Shown piece after piece: positions 9,272 through 18,956 of a DNA stretch of 46,550 nt. This DNA is from Rhodoferax sp. UBA5149 (GTDB taxonomy: Bacteria; Pseudomonadota; Gammaproteobacteria; Burkholderiales; Burkholderiaceae_C): NCBI RefSeq assembly GCF_002413825.1, contig NZ_DHXT01000043.1, positions 1 through 46,550 of the forward strand, read 5' to 3'. Position numbers and translations under genes: made by a program. The notes beneath the pieces were generated by a model that was not told the origin of the DNA, made no database searches, and saw only the letters and a list, made by a program, of their open reading frames with translations. Each line of letters starts with the position of its first letter. Position 1 is the stretch's first letter.

Positions 9272-12200
9272 ATGAGGTGCCTAGGCTACTGGCTTACGTT
9301 TGCAGTGTTGGCTGGCCTGACGGCCTGCGGTGGAGGCACCGATACCCCAGATAAATCGTCACCGACCCCGTCCAGCCTGCAGCAGACTCCGGTCAATTTG
9401 GTGATTGACACGACAAGCCCGGGGCTCGTGATCGAAGGTAGTTTTGACCAGGTTCCCGGCTACCTGGCAAAGAGCCAGCAGGTCTTGCGCAGCAATGGTG
9501 CCGCGAGCGCGCGCTTTGTGTTCCAGGTGCAGCAGGCAGGTCAGTATGAAGTTTTCGCCTGGTGGCCGCAGACTTTGGCTGATGCCGGTACGGCGGATAT
9601 CACGGTCGAATACCACGGCGGCCAAAACACAATTTCCCGGAGCCAGCGCAGCGGTGGCGGCGCATGGCAATCAGTTGGCACCTATCCGTTCGACCCGTCG
9701 ATCCCCGGGGCGGTGGTGCTGCGCAGCGCAAACGGCGCACCCTTGTACGTGGATGCGATGCGTCTGCAGTACGTCGGACGACTGGCGCCCGTTATGGTGT
9801 TTGCGTCCGACAAGCTGCCGGTCGGCCTGAAGGATGAGCCGTACATCGCGCAACTCGGTATGGCGGGTGGCATGCCGCCTTACAGCTATGCGATTGTGGA
9901 TGGCGAGTTACCTCCGGGTTTGGCACTTGATGGGGCCACCGGTGACATCGCTGGCCGCCCGGCTCATGCCGGCGAGTTCACTTTCACCGTGCGTTCGCAG
10001 GATGCCAAGCGTCAGTTGGCGTCACAGACGATGACCCTTTACGTCGGAGAGTCGGCAGGCACGGCCAGCACTGTGCAGGGTTTGTCCCCGCGTCCGCTTG
10101 ACGTCCTCAATGCACGCCGACAATCGGCTGTCACGCCTGCCAGCGCTCCGGACGTCTCCAACCTGCTCTCCATCGTGGCCGGCATGGCCGAAGGGGAATG
10201 GCGCCGTGTCAATCTGAACGCTTTCTCATCCGTCTGGACCCCCGCCGACCTGCGCCCTTTATTGTCGAAAAGCAACCCTGACCCCTCCCGCCTCATTCTC
10301 GCGTGGAGTAGTTTTGCCTGGGACTCCAACCGTGCTGCGCTGCTACTTTATGGTGGCGGCCATGCCAATTACCGTGGCAACGATGTCTACCTGTGGCGCG
10401 CCAGCACACAGATGTGGGAGCGTGCATCGCTCCCAAGCGAGATGGTCCAAACCCCTCTGGGCTACTGGAATGCGATTGACGGTGTCGACAAGGCGCCGGC
10501 TTCCGCGCACACTTACGACAACACCATCTTTCTTCCGATTCTGGATCGCATGCTGGTGCTGGGCGGCGCCGCCGACCCCAATGGCGGACCTTACATTACC
10601 CAGGACACTGCAACAACAGCGCGCGTCACCGGACCCTACCTTTTTGACCCAAGCCGCGCGAACGCCGACAGGGTGGGCGGCAGCACCGGGTCGCATGTGA
10701 AGCGCGTGGCGCCCTACCCTGAAATTGTCGGCGGCAATATGTGGTCAAACCGCGAGTCGTGGTTGAATGCATCGGCGTCATCAGTACCTCCTGTCGAAAC
10801 CCTGTCCAACGGGTGCACGGGCTATGCCGTGGAGGCCGGCCGTGACGTGGTCTATTTGCGCACGGCCAGCCGCCTGTACCGCTATGAAATAAGCGACTTG
10901 GCCAATCCTGCCGCCGATGTCTGGAAGCAGGTCAATAGGTATTACTACGGCGGTTCTGGTGGCCAAGGCACCTGCGGTTACGACCCGCTGCGCAAGATAT
11001 TCCTGTCGACGCATCTGAAGACGCCATTCATCTTTTGGGACCTGTCAAATTCCAATCCGGGCAACCTGGACAAAATGATCACACCTGTCGACCCAAGTGG
11101 CGAGTTTCCGACACTGCTGTCAAGCGGTGAGATCCAGATGCGCAACTGTGGTCTGGAGTTTGACCCCGTTCGCAATGATTTCAAGCTCTGGTGTGGTGAT
11201 GGTCGCGTCTGGACCGTGACGCCACCGCCAACGCCGGTTGCCACGGGCTGGACTATTGTCAAGGCTGCGTTGCCTGCGAGTGCCGTTCCGACCGAAAGCC
11301 TGGGTACCGGCATTTTGGGCAAGTGGAAGTACGTGCCGAACCTGGATGTCTTCATGGGTCTGGCCGATGCGGTGCAGGGCAACATCTGGGTTTATAAGCC
11401 GCATGGCTGGGTGAACCCCGCGGGGGGCAGCAACCTGCCACCATCAGTGTTGATCACCGCACCCATTGATGGCACAAGCGCCACGGTAGGGGCGAGCATC
11501 GCGGTGTCGGCCACTGCGACGGACGTCGATGGCAGTGTTGCCAAGGTCGAATTCTTCGCCGACAACCACAAGATTGGCGAAAGTCTGGTCGCGCCCTACG
11601 GCATGATGTGGTCTGGCGCGACTGTCGGCGCGCATACGCTCACAGCAGTGGCCACCGACGACCAAGGTGGCAGCGCCATCTCGGCGGTGGTGTCCGTGAC
11701 CGTCGCGCCTGCCTCGGACGGCACAGTGTCGATCACCTTGCAACGCGGCGCGGGTCCGTTCGTCGCCGCCGACACCTATCTGTCTGCGTATCACACGACG
11801 TTGAACTTCGGAGCAACGAGCAATGTCCAGGATCAGTACAGCAACTACTCGTCGCTGATGCGCTTTGCGATCTTCCAGTCCGAAGGCGGCCCTGTTCCGA
11901 ACGGCACGAACATCAAGTCGGCGACCCTGTCGTTGTACAAGTACTCGTCTTACAACATGGTCTTTGCCGTGCATCGTGTGTTATTGGATTGGTCGGAGAG
12001 CTCCGCCACCTGGAATCTTCGCCTGCCGGGTTTGCCCTGGACCACAGTCGGCGCCAACGGACTGGGCACCGATATCGCCTTGACACCCGATGCGTTGGCA
12101 AGCACCGACTTCAACCCGGGTTGGATTGACTTTGACGTGACTGCAAGCGTGCAGGAAATGAGCCTGGCCTCGTCGCTCGCCAACTACGGCTGGCGCCTCA

Positions 12201-12301
12201 AGGGGGTGAGTGGCTACACCAGTGCGCTCAAGAAAATTTATGCGAGTGAGTTCACTGGCGCGCCGTCACTGCGTCCGAAGCTGGTAATCACCTACAACTG
12301 A
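9272..12301 (+). CDS. Large multidomain lipoprotein: golvesin/CBM-like, putative Ig, unknown GGGH/HTYD domain, bacterial Ig, C-terminal DNRLRE
   Basis: Lipobox LTAC-GGG; YEVFAWWP...WQSVGTY...DAMRL; GGMPPYSY..LPPGL; NLPPSVLITAP..VAKVEFF..LTAVATD; ADTYL..FDVT..RPKLVITY. Alternative start 9221. Confidence 0.8.
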   Translation: MRCLGYWLTFAVLAGLTACGGGTDTPDKSSPTPSSLQQTPVNLVIDTTSPGLVIEGSFDQVPGYLAKSQQVLRSNGAASARFVFQVQQAGQYEVFAWWPQTLADAGTADITVEYHGGQNTISRSQRSGGGAWQSVGTYPFDPSIPGAVVLRSANGAPLYVDAMRLQYVGRLAPVMVFASDKLPVGLKDEPYIAQLGMAGGMPPYSYAIVDGELPPGLALDGATGDIAGRPAHAGEFTFTVRSQDAKRQLASQTMTLYVGESAGTASTVQGLSPRPLDVLNARRQSAVTPASAPDVSNLLSIVAGMAEGEWRRVNLNAFSSVWTPADLRPLLSKSNPDPSRLILAWSSFAWDSNRAALLLYGGGHANYRGNDVYLWRASTQMWERASLPSEMVQTPLGYWNAIDGVDKAPASAHTYDNTIFLPILDRMLVLGGAADPNGGPYITQDTATTARVTGPYLFDPSRANADRVGGSTGSHVKRVAPYPEIVGGNMWSNRESWLNASASSVPPVETLSNGCTGYAVEAGRDVVYLRTASRLYRYEISDLANPAADVWKQVNRYYYGGSGGQGTCGYDPLRKIFLSTHLKTPFIFWDLSNSNPGNLDKMITPVDPSGEFPTLLSSGEIQMRNCGLEFDPVRNDFKLWCGDGRVWTVTPPPTPVATGWTIVKAALPASAVPTESLGTGILGKWKYVPNLDVFMGLADAVQGNIWVYKPHGWVNPAGGSNLPPSVLITAPIDGTSATVGASIAVSATATDVDGSVAKVEFFADNHKIGESLVAPYGMMWSGATVGAHTLTAVATDDQGGSAISAVVSVTVAPASDGTVSITLQRGAGPFVAADTYLSAYHTTLNFGATSNVQDQYSNYSSLMRFAIFQSEGGPVPNGTNIKSATLSLYKYSSYNMVFAVHRVLLDWSESSATWNLRLPGLPWTTVGANGLGTDIALTPDALASTDFNPGWIDFDVTASVQEMSLASSLANYGWRLKGVSGYTSALKKIYASEFTGAPSLRPKLVITYN

Positions 12302-12364
12302 GAGGGGAAGTCGTGTGCGCAAGAGCCGCACGCAAGTCCGGGATCACGGGTAAAGTTTGGCTCC

Positions 12365-12425
12365 CAAGTGTTTTTGCCTCTAAGCCCCCGTATTATCTTC
12401 ATAGTGTGCTATATAAACAATAGCA
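12365..12425 (-). repeat. ~61-bp dispersed element, copy A (intergenic)
   Basis: Minus strand: TGCTAT-TGTTTAT-ATAGC-N15-TACGGGGGCT-TAGAGGCAAAAACACTTG; same spacing as the copies at 26399 and 44514. Confidence 0.7.
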
Positions 12426-12428
12426 ATT

Positions 12429-14102
12429 TCAATCGATGAGCCTGAACTGCGGCGCCTTGGTCGCAAGCCACTGCTCCAGCATCATCAAGATCCACACCAT
12501 CTCGCCAAAGTAGCCCGGGTGCTCGGGCAGGCGTTGCGTCAACAGGGTCTGGACGAAATCGGCGCGCACCACGCCGCGGCGCGCCAAGCTGTGCAGTGAG
12601 TCGGTAGCCAGCGCCTTGAGGGCCGGGTGGGTGTTGGCCCATACGCCAAACGGCAAGCCGAAGCCCTGCTTCTTCTTGGTGATGATCTCGTCGGGCAGAA
12701 AGCCGCGCAGCGCCTCCTTGAAGAACCAGCGCAGTTGCAGGCCTTTGAGCTTGTACGCGGTCGGCAGCTTGAGTGAGAACGCCAGCAGCCGCTCGTCGAG
12801 CATCGGAAAACCTACGCCCACCCCGGCACAGCCGGTAGCGCCCAGCACTTTGGGCAAGTCACTCTCGGCGAGGGTAAAGCGCCAGTCATAGGCCAACTCT
12901 CTATTCAAATGGCTGCAGTTCTGGGGCATCTGCCATACCGCGCGTTCCAGTCGCAGTGGCGCCGCAGTGTCAATTTGTGCCATCAGTTTTGGCGTGAGCA
13001 CGTCGCCGGCACCCAGGCGCATGATCAGGTTGTACATCTGCAGTCGGTCGGGCATGGGCGCGCGGGCTTGCTCCACGTAGCTTCCCGCCTTGCGGGTCAG
13101 GGCGAAGGCCGCCGCGGCACGGGTGCCCAGCAGCGGTTCCATCAGGCCTTTTTGAAGGAAACCGGGAACATGGTTGTACCAGCCAAACACCCGCTGCTTG
13201 GCATAGCGGGAGTTGCCGCCAAACAGTTCGTCGCCGCCATCGCCCGCCAGCAGCTTGGTCACGCCGTCTTCACGCGCCATCCTGGCGCAGTAGTACGCGG
13301 GTAGGGCAGACGAATTGCCAAAGGGCTGGTCGTAATGGGCTGCCACCGCCGGGATGCTGCGCACCAGGTCATCCGGCGTGACGTAGTACTCGTGGTGCTC
13401 GGTCTTGAAGTGCTTGGACGCGAGGCGGGCATATTCCATCTCGTCATAACCCTGCGCGTCAAAGCCGATCGAATAGGTGGCCGCCGTTTTACCATTGGCC
13501 AGTGCCGCCATGCCCGCTACGGTAGAGCTGTCGGTGCCACCGCTCAAAAAGCAGGCTGGTTTGCTGCCGTCGAGCTGGGTCGCGACCGAGTCCAGCAGCA
13601 GTTGCCTGAATTCATCCTTGAGCACATCAAACGAGGGGTTGCGTTGTTCCTCAAAGCTGGGCACCCAATACGGTGCGACCTTGAGCTGGCCATTTTCAAA
13701 CAGCGCATAGTGTGCCGGCGGTAACCTGTAGATGCCTTTGTAGATCGTGCGTGGCGACGGGATGACGTGAAAGTAAAGGTAATCAAAAATCGCCTGCGGG
13801 TCAATCTCGGCACTGGTGTCAGCCAATTCATCGGCGCGCTCGGCAAAGCGCAGTTGCCCGTTGTCCACTCTGTAGCACAGGGTGCAGATGGCAAAGCGGT
13901 CCACCGCCAGAAAAATGCCGCCATCGGGCAAACGTAGCCCCACGGCAAAGTCGCCAGAAACCCCCAGAGCGGTGTCAGGGCCGTTTTTGGCAATTGCTTC
14001 GCGCCAGGCCGATACGGCGCCGGCGGTTCGTGCTAATTCGGCCAAGCGTGCATCTGTGAATTTGGGGGAACCAGAGGTCAGTGAATTATCGGTTGCGGCC
14101 AT
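12429..14102 (-). CDS. Asparagine synthetase-like ATP-dependent amidoligase (EPS-associated), lacking the N-terminal MCG
   Basis: FLSGGTDSS, GDGGDELFGG, KKQGFGLP; residual Ntn-like GDFA..DRF segment; start approximate. Confidence 0.85.
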   Translation of the reverse strand: MAATDNSLTSGSPKFTDARLAELARTAGAVSAWREAIAKNGPDTALGVSGDFAVGLRLPDGGIFLAVDRFAICTLCYRVDNGQLRFAERADELADTSAEIDPQAIFDYLYFHVIPSPRTIYKGIYRLPPAHYALFENGQLKVAPYWVPSFEEQRNPSFDVLKDEFRQLLLDSVATQLDGSKPACFLSGGTDSSTVAGMAALANGKTAATYSIGFDAQGYDEMEYARLASKHFKTEHHEYYVTPDDLVRSIPAVAAHYDQPFGNSSALPAYYCARMAREDGVTKLLAGDGGDELFGGNSRYAKQRVFGWYNHVPGFLQKGLMEPLLGTRAAAAFALTRKAGSYVEQARAPMPDRLQMYNLIMRLGAGDVLTPKLMAQIDTAAPLRLERAVWQMPQNCSHLNRELAYDWRFTLAESDLPKVLGATGCAGVGVGFPMLDERLLAFSLKLPTAYKLKGLQLRWFFKEALRGFLPDEIITKKKQGFGLPFGVWANTHPALKALATDSLHSLARRGVVRADFVQTLLTQRLPEHPGYFGEMVWILMMLEQWLATKAPQFRLID

Positions 14103-14353
14103 TTGGAAGTGACAAGTGATCGTGTTCAGCGCGATTCGCTGTTCTTTATGTTGTTGGTGGATTATGCGCAACCGCGTGGGGCTTCACGGCGCGCTGAATA
14201 TGAGAATCATCAAGAACAGGCGAACAAATTGTCAACTTGCGCAATCAGTCGCCTCGGTTGTCTCGAATTCGCCGGGCAATTGATATTTCACATTTATGAT
14301 GGCGATCCCACTCTAGCGGGCGTGCCAGCGCCGCAACAACGACCGGAATCCAC

Positions 14354-15640
14354 TTGAAGCGAATCCTGATGATTGCCTACCACTTCCCGCCGCTGGCGGG
14401 CAGTAGTGGCATACAACGAACGTTGCGGTTTGTACAGCATTTGCCGTCACTGGGATGGCAACCGCTGGTGCTTAGCGCCCACCCCAGCGCTTATGAAAAA
14501 ACCAGTGACGATCTGCTGGCCGATGTGCCCGCCGGCACCGTCGTGCGCCGGGCCTTTGCACTGGACACCGCCCGTCACCTGCAAATTGCGGGACGCTATC
14601 TGGGCTGGATGGCGCGACCCGACCGCTGGATCAGCTGGAAGTTTGACGCCATCCGACAGGGGCTCAAGCTGATTGAAGAGTTCAAGCCGGATGTCATCTG
14701 GTCCACCTACCCTATCGCCACCGCGCATGTGATTGCATCAGCGCTGCACCGCAAAAGCGGTATTCCCTGGATTGCCGATTTTCGTGACCCCATGGCGCAA
14801 GAGGGGTACCCTGCTGACCCCCTCACTTGGCAGCGCTACTTGGCGATAGAGGCTGACGCCGCAGCGCTGGCGCGCTACTGCCTGTTCACCACGCCTGGCG
14901 CGGCACGGGCCTACCAGCAGCGCTACCCGGCCGCGGCCAGCCGCATGATGGTGCTGGAAAACGGTTATGACGAAGAGAGCTTTGCGTCTGCTGCGCTGCA
15001 GCCCAAGGTGGCAATGCCAGGAGTCGACGAGTTGGCTCTTGGTCTGCGCCCGCTGGTCATGCTGCACAGCGGCATTGTTTACCCATCAGAGCGCGATCCA
15101 ACACAATTGTTTGTGGCGCTTGGCCGCTTGCAAGAAGCGGGTGCACTGGGCCCGGATGAGTTGCACATCCGCTTTCGCGCATCGGTGCACGATGACTTGT
15201 TGCAAAGTCTGGCACTGGCTTATGGTGTGCAGGACTTCATCGAGCTGTGCCCAGCAACTCCATACCGCGAGGCGCTGGCAGAAATGATGGCCGTCGATGG
15301 CTTGTTGGTCATGCAGGCCAGCAACTGCAATGCGCAGATTCCGGCCAAGATATACGAGTACCTGCGTGCTGGGAAACCCATTTTTGGGCTAACTGACCCC
15401 GACGGCGACACGGCTGGCGTGCTGCGCGGAGCGGGGCTGAATGACATGGCACGCCTTGATTCGGCGGATGAGATTGCGCATGCGTTGCCTGCGCTGGTGC
15501 GTGACTGGCGGCGGGGCAAAGCCGTGCTCGCGCACCCATTGGCTGTTCAACAAGCGTCCCGGCATGGACGGGCACGAGCCCTGGCGGCCTTGCTGGCACA
15601 GGCGACGTCTTCGCAGGGCTTTGCAGCCAGTAGGCGCTGA
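14354..15640 (+). CDS. Glycosyltransferase family 4
   Basis: ILMIAYHFPP..SSGIQR, WIADFRDP, ENGYD, IPAKIYEYL. Confidence 0.85.
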   Translation: MKRILMIAYHFPPLAGSSGIQRTLRFVQHLPSLGWQPLVLSAHPSAYEKTSDDLLADVPAGTVVRRAFALDTARHLQIAGRYLGWMARPDRWISWKFDAIRQGLKLIEEFKPDVIWSTYPIATAHVIASALHRKSGIPWIADFRDPMAQEGYPADPLTWQRYLAIEADAAALARYCLFTTPGAARAYQQRYPAAASRMMVLENGYDEESFASAALQPKVAMPGVDELALGLRPLVMLHSGIVYPSERDPTQLFVALGRLQEAGALGPDELHIRFRASVHDDLLQSLALAYGVQDFIELCPATPYREALAEMMAVDGLLVMQASNCNAQIPAKIYEYLRAGKPIFGLTDPDGDTAGVLRGAGLNDMARLDSADEIAHALPALVRDWRRGKAVLAHPLAVQQASRHGRARALAALLAQATSSQGFAASRR

Positions 15641-15645
15641 ACCGC

Positions 15646-17088
15646 ATGTCAACCCGTAAATCGCTGTTTTTTTCCTTTTTGGATCGTTATGCGAGTCTGG
15701 CGATTTCCGTCGCGTCTTCCATGGTGATTGCGCGCCTGCTGTCGCCCACCGAGATCGGGGTGTTTTCAGTCACCATGGTGCTCTTGATGTTTGTGGCCAC
15801 CGTGCGGGACATGGGGGCCGGCCAGTACATGGTGCAGGAAAGAGAGCTCACGACCGAACGCATCCGGGCCGTGTGGGCCGTGCAATTGGGCCTGGGCCTC
15901 GGTCTGGCTTGTTTGGTGTTGCTGGCCAGTTATCCCGTCGCGGTGTTCTACAACGAGCCGCGCATGCGCAACATCATGCTGGTGGTTGCTTTGAACTATG
16001 CCATTAATCCTTTTGGCTCGCTGACTTATGCGTGGCTGATGCGGGAAATGCGTTTTGAGAGCGTCGCGCTCATGCGCTTTTCAGCAGGCCTTGGCGGGGC
16101 GCTGGTTTCAACCTGGCTGGCCTGGAAAAACTATGGCCCCATCAGCCTGGCTTTTGGCTCACTGGCTTCAACCATGGTCAATGCAGTGATCGCAGTTTAT
16201 TACCGGCCAAAGTCCTTTCCATGGTTGCCGGGCGTGGGCGAGATTAAACGCGTTTTGCTGTTTGGCTCACAACTCACGGCCAGCACCGTGGTCACCGTGA
16301 TGTCAAGCGGCGCGCCGGAGCTTTTTCTTGGAAAATTGCAAAACCTTACCGCTGCGGGGCTGTATTCGCGTTCCAACGGCTTGGTGCAGATGTTTCACCG
16401 GCTTTTTGTCGATGCGGTGGGGGCCGTGTGTCTGCCCTGGTTCGCCAGGCAATCGCGCGAACGGGGGGGGGTTGTTGACCCCTTCCTCAAAGCCACTGCG
16501 TACGTGACGGCATTTGGCTGGTCGTTTTGTTTGGCTGTCATTTGCTTGGCGCAACCCATTGTGCGTGTCTTGTATGGCAACCAGTGGGACCAGTCTGTTG
16601 ACTTGACGCGTCTGCTGGCAGTGGCCATGGCCTGCAGCGTGCCAGCTGCTTTGTGCGAAATCGCATTGCTGTCATCCGGCGCGGTTGCCACCATTGCCCG
16701 TGTGACCATTTTGGGAATGATTCAGAGCGTCGCATTCGTGGCCTTCGGTGCCCTGCAAAGTCTTGTTGTGCTGGGTATTTCCATGATCGCGGCTGCAGCA
16801 GTCAGCGCCGCCCTTTGGCTGCGAGCAACGTCCAGACATATTGACCTGCCAATACTTGGTCTGCTGACCACCTTGCGCAAGAGTGCGGCGGTTGCCTTGA
16901 CGGCGGCCATCGGACCGGTGCTCGCCTTATGGATTTACGGTCCCTATCCTGACCGTTTGGTGATGCCCCTTGCGGTGGGCGGCGTCGGCGGTGTGGCCGG
17001 TTTTGTGGTGGGAGTCATGGTGTTTCAGCATCCGTTGCAGGAGGAATTAAGGACGATCTGGTCCAAGATAAAGCGACAAGCAGCTTGA
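15646..17088 (+). CDS. wzx: Wzx-type polysaccharide flippase (WzxC-like)
   Basis: ARLLSPTEIG, FYNEP, GLYSRS, LYGNQW; about 12-14 hydrophobic segments. Confidence 0.85.
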   Translation: MSTRKSLFFSFLDRYASLAISVASSMVIARLLSPTEIGVFSVTMVLLMFVATVRDMGAGQYMVQERELTTERIRAVWAVQLGLGLGLACLVLLASYPVAVFYNEPRMRNIMLVVALNYAINPFGSLTYAWLMREMRFESVALMRFSAGLGGALVSTWLAWKNYGPISLAFGSLASTMVNAVIAVYYRPKSFPWLPGVGEIKRVLLFGSQLTASTVVTVMSSGAPELFLGKLQNLTAAGLYSRSNGLVQMFHRLFVDAVGAVCLPWFARQSRERGGVVDPFLKATAYVTAFGWSFCLAVICLAQPIVRVLYGNQWDQSVDLTRLLAVAMACSVPAALCEIALLSSGAVATIARVTILGMIQSVAFVAFGALQSLVVLGISMIAAAAVSAALWLRATSRHIDLPILGLLTTLRKSAAVALTAAIGPVLALWIYGPYPDRLVMPLAVGGVGGVAGFVVGVMVFQHPLQEELRTIWSKIKRQAA

Positions 17089-17177
17089 GTGAGCCATGGC
17101 ATCGACTGAGGTCGCGTCTGTTCTAGCCTTACGGTCGCAGAGTGAGCCGCGCGCGGGACCGTCCAGAGGCGACCTGT

Positions 17178-18236
17178 TCAGACTTCACTCAACACGCGGA
17201 TTAGCTTAGTTGCCTGTTCCTTCATTGAATATTTTCTCGTCACCGAAGCGCGCGCGGCTACGCCCATCTCTCGCCGCCGCTCAGGATCACGCAAAGCTGT
17301 CAGGCAGGCCTTCCAGTCGTGCGTCGAACGGGCGAAGAAGCCGTTGACGCCATGCTCAATCACGGGTTCGTAAGATGGGATGGGCGTGGCGATGACCGGC
17401 AGTCCGATGGACATTTTCATGGTGAGTCTGTTCTCGGACTTGACCTTCCAGGGCGGTGATGCGGTCGAGTCCAGCGCAGCAGCAGGCTGGTCAATTGGAA
17501 TAACAGCAAGATCCGCTTGCAGCATCTCTTTGTACACGCCTTCTTGATCCCAGGGCAGGCATTCAATGCGGCGATTTGCCAGGAAACGCAGGTAGTCAAA
17601 TCGCTCGTCGCGTGTTTGCATTGCCAACGTCCAGCGAGTTTCTTGCCATCTGCGCAGGCCGCGCGCATAACGCCCAACAATGCCAACTTTCAGCCACCGT
17701 GGCGGTTGGTCGATGAACGGCAAATGATCAAGAGTCGCCGATGTCACCAATACCGCCTTCAACGGATTGAGCCAAGTGCCTGTGTTGTTGCCCCATTCTT
17801 TTTTTTCCATGACGGGCCGCTCGATACCGTCATGCACGACGTGAATGCGCGACTGTAATTGCGTCGGGTAAAGCGATTTCAAATACTCGGTGACGACGGT
17901 TGTCGCATCCGTGGCCCTTGCCATTGACGCATCAACCAGGTCGCAGACACAGTACACGGTGCCTACACCCGCCGCCGCCAATTTATGCGCCAGTGCTTCG
18001 GCTCCGGGTCCGCGAATCTTCTGCAAAACCACCACATCACATTTCGCCTCGATCGCACGTTCGGCGACACCTGTGAGGTCCGGTGTTTCGGTTGGCTCAG
18101 CGGGCTCAAATAGTATGCGCGTATCTATCCCTGCGGCCGACAGGAACGGCAGCATGTTGAGCACGGCAATACGGGAGCTGGGAAGCGGTCTTGATGAAGG
18201 CGAGCACAGCACGAAGCCGACACACTGAACACTCAC
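17178..18236 (-). CDS. Glycosyltransferase (GT-B, GT4-like)
   Basis: PSSRI, KSENRL..MSIGLPVIATPIPSY..IEHGVNGF; GTG overlaps the methyltransferase TGA. Confidence 0.8.
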   Translation of the reverse strand: MSVQCVGFVLCSPSSRPLPSSRIAVLNMLPFLSAAGIDTRILFEPAEPTETPDLTGVAERAIEAKCDVVVLQKIRGPGAEALAHKLAAAGVGTVYCVCDLVDASMARATDATTVVTEYLKSLYPTQLQSRIHVVHDGIERPVMEKKEWGNNTGTWLNPLKAVLVTSATLDHLPFIDQPPRWLKVGIVGRYARGLRRWQETRWTLAMQTRDERFDYLRFLANRRIECLPWDQEGVYKEMLQADLAVIPIDQPAAALDSTASPPWKVKSENRLTMKMSIGLPVIATPIPSYEPVIEHGVNGFFARSTHDWKACLTALRDPERRREMGVAARASVTRKYSMKEQATKLIRVLSEV

Positions 18237-18940
18237 GGTGCGCCCTCGGCGCGCAAGCACATTTGGTAGGTGAGAAACTCACGTACCGGTGCCCATTGCA
18301 TGATCGTTGTTGGCAAGCGGTTGAGCAGCCTGTTCCAACGACCACCGCCCTGATCGCCCCAACGCAGTGCAAAGCTCATGGCGCTGGTCTTGAAACCACA
18401 GGCCCCGAGGAGTCGCTGCGCATCGCCCACCGTAAACCAGCGCAGGTGCGTGCTATCAAAGATGCCGCGCTCATTTTGTGGGAAACGACCGCTCACAAAA
18501 ATGGCGCGCAAAGCGGACAGGTGACGAATGTTGGGTAGGCTGACAATAATGCTACCACCGGGCTGCAGGTGCTCGCGTGCCTGCAGCAGGCTGCGTTTCG
18601 GATCAACCAGATGCTCCAGTACATCGGCAAAGATGATGCAGTCAAAACGGCGACCAGCCATGGCCTCGGACCAGTTCAGCAGATTGAGGTCTGCGTTGAG
18701 CACCTGATCAAGATGCGTTCCCGCTTCTTTTGCGAAAAGCGCGTCAAATTCAATCCCGAAAACAAATCGATCCGGGCGCTGAATTTTCAAACTGCGACCC
18801 AGGGCGCCGCTGCTGCAGCCTACGTCCAGAATCTCCATCGAACCGGTTGGTACCATCGCCACCACATCCGGGCGCGGTGTGGTGTATGCGGCGTCTCGCA
18901 GGGTTGCGGTGGTTGGGTTGATTGACGAGTCGGTTGACAT
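18233..18940 (-). CDS. Class I SAM-dependent methyltransferase
   Basis: ILDVGCSSG, FDCIIFADVLEHL, SLPN, THLRWFT. Confidence 0.9.
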   Translation of the reverse strand: MSTDSSINPTTATLRDAAYTTPRPDVVAMVPTGSMEILDVGCSSGALGRSLKIQRPDRFVFGIEFDALFAKEAGTHLDQVLNADLNLLNWSEAMAGRRFDCIIFADVLEHLVDPKRSLLQAREHLQPGGSIIVSLPNIRHLSALRAIFVSGRFPQNERGIFDSTHLRWFTVGDAQRLLGACGFKTSAMSFALRWGDQGGGRWNRLLNRLPTTIMQWAPVREFLTYQMCLRAEGAP

Positions 18941-18956
18941 GAGGGGATGATGCGGG

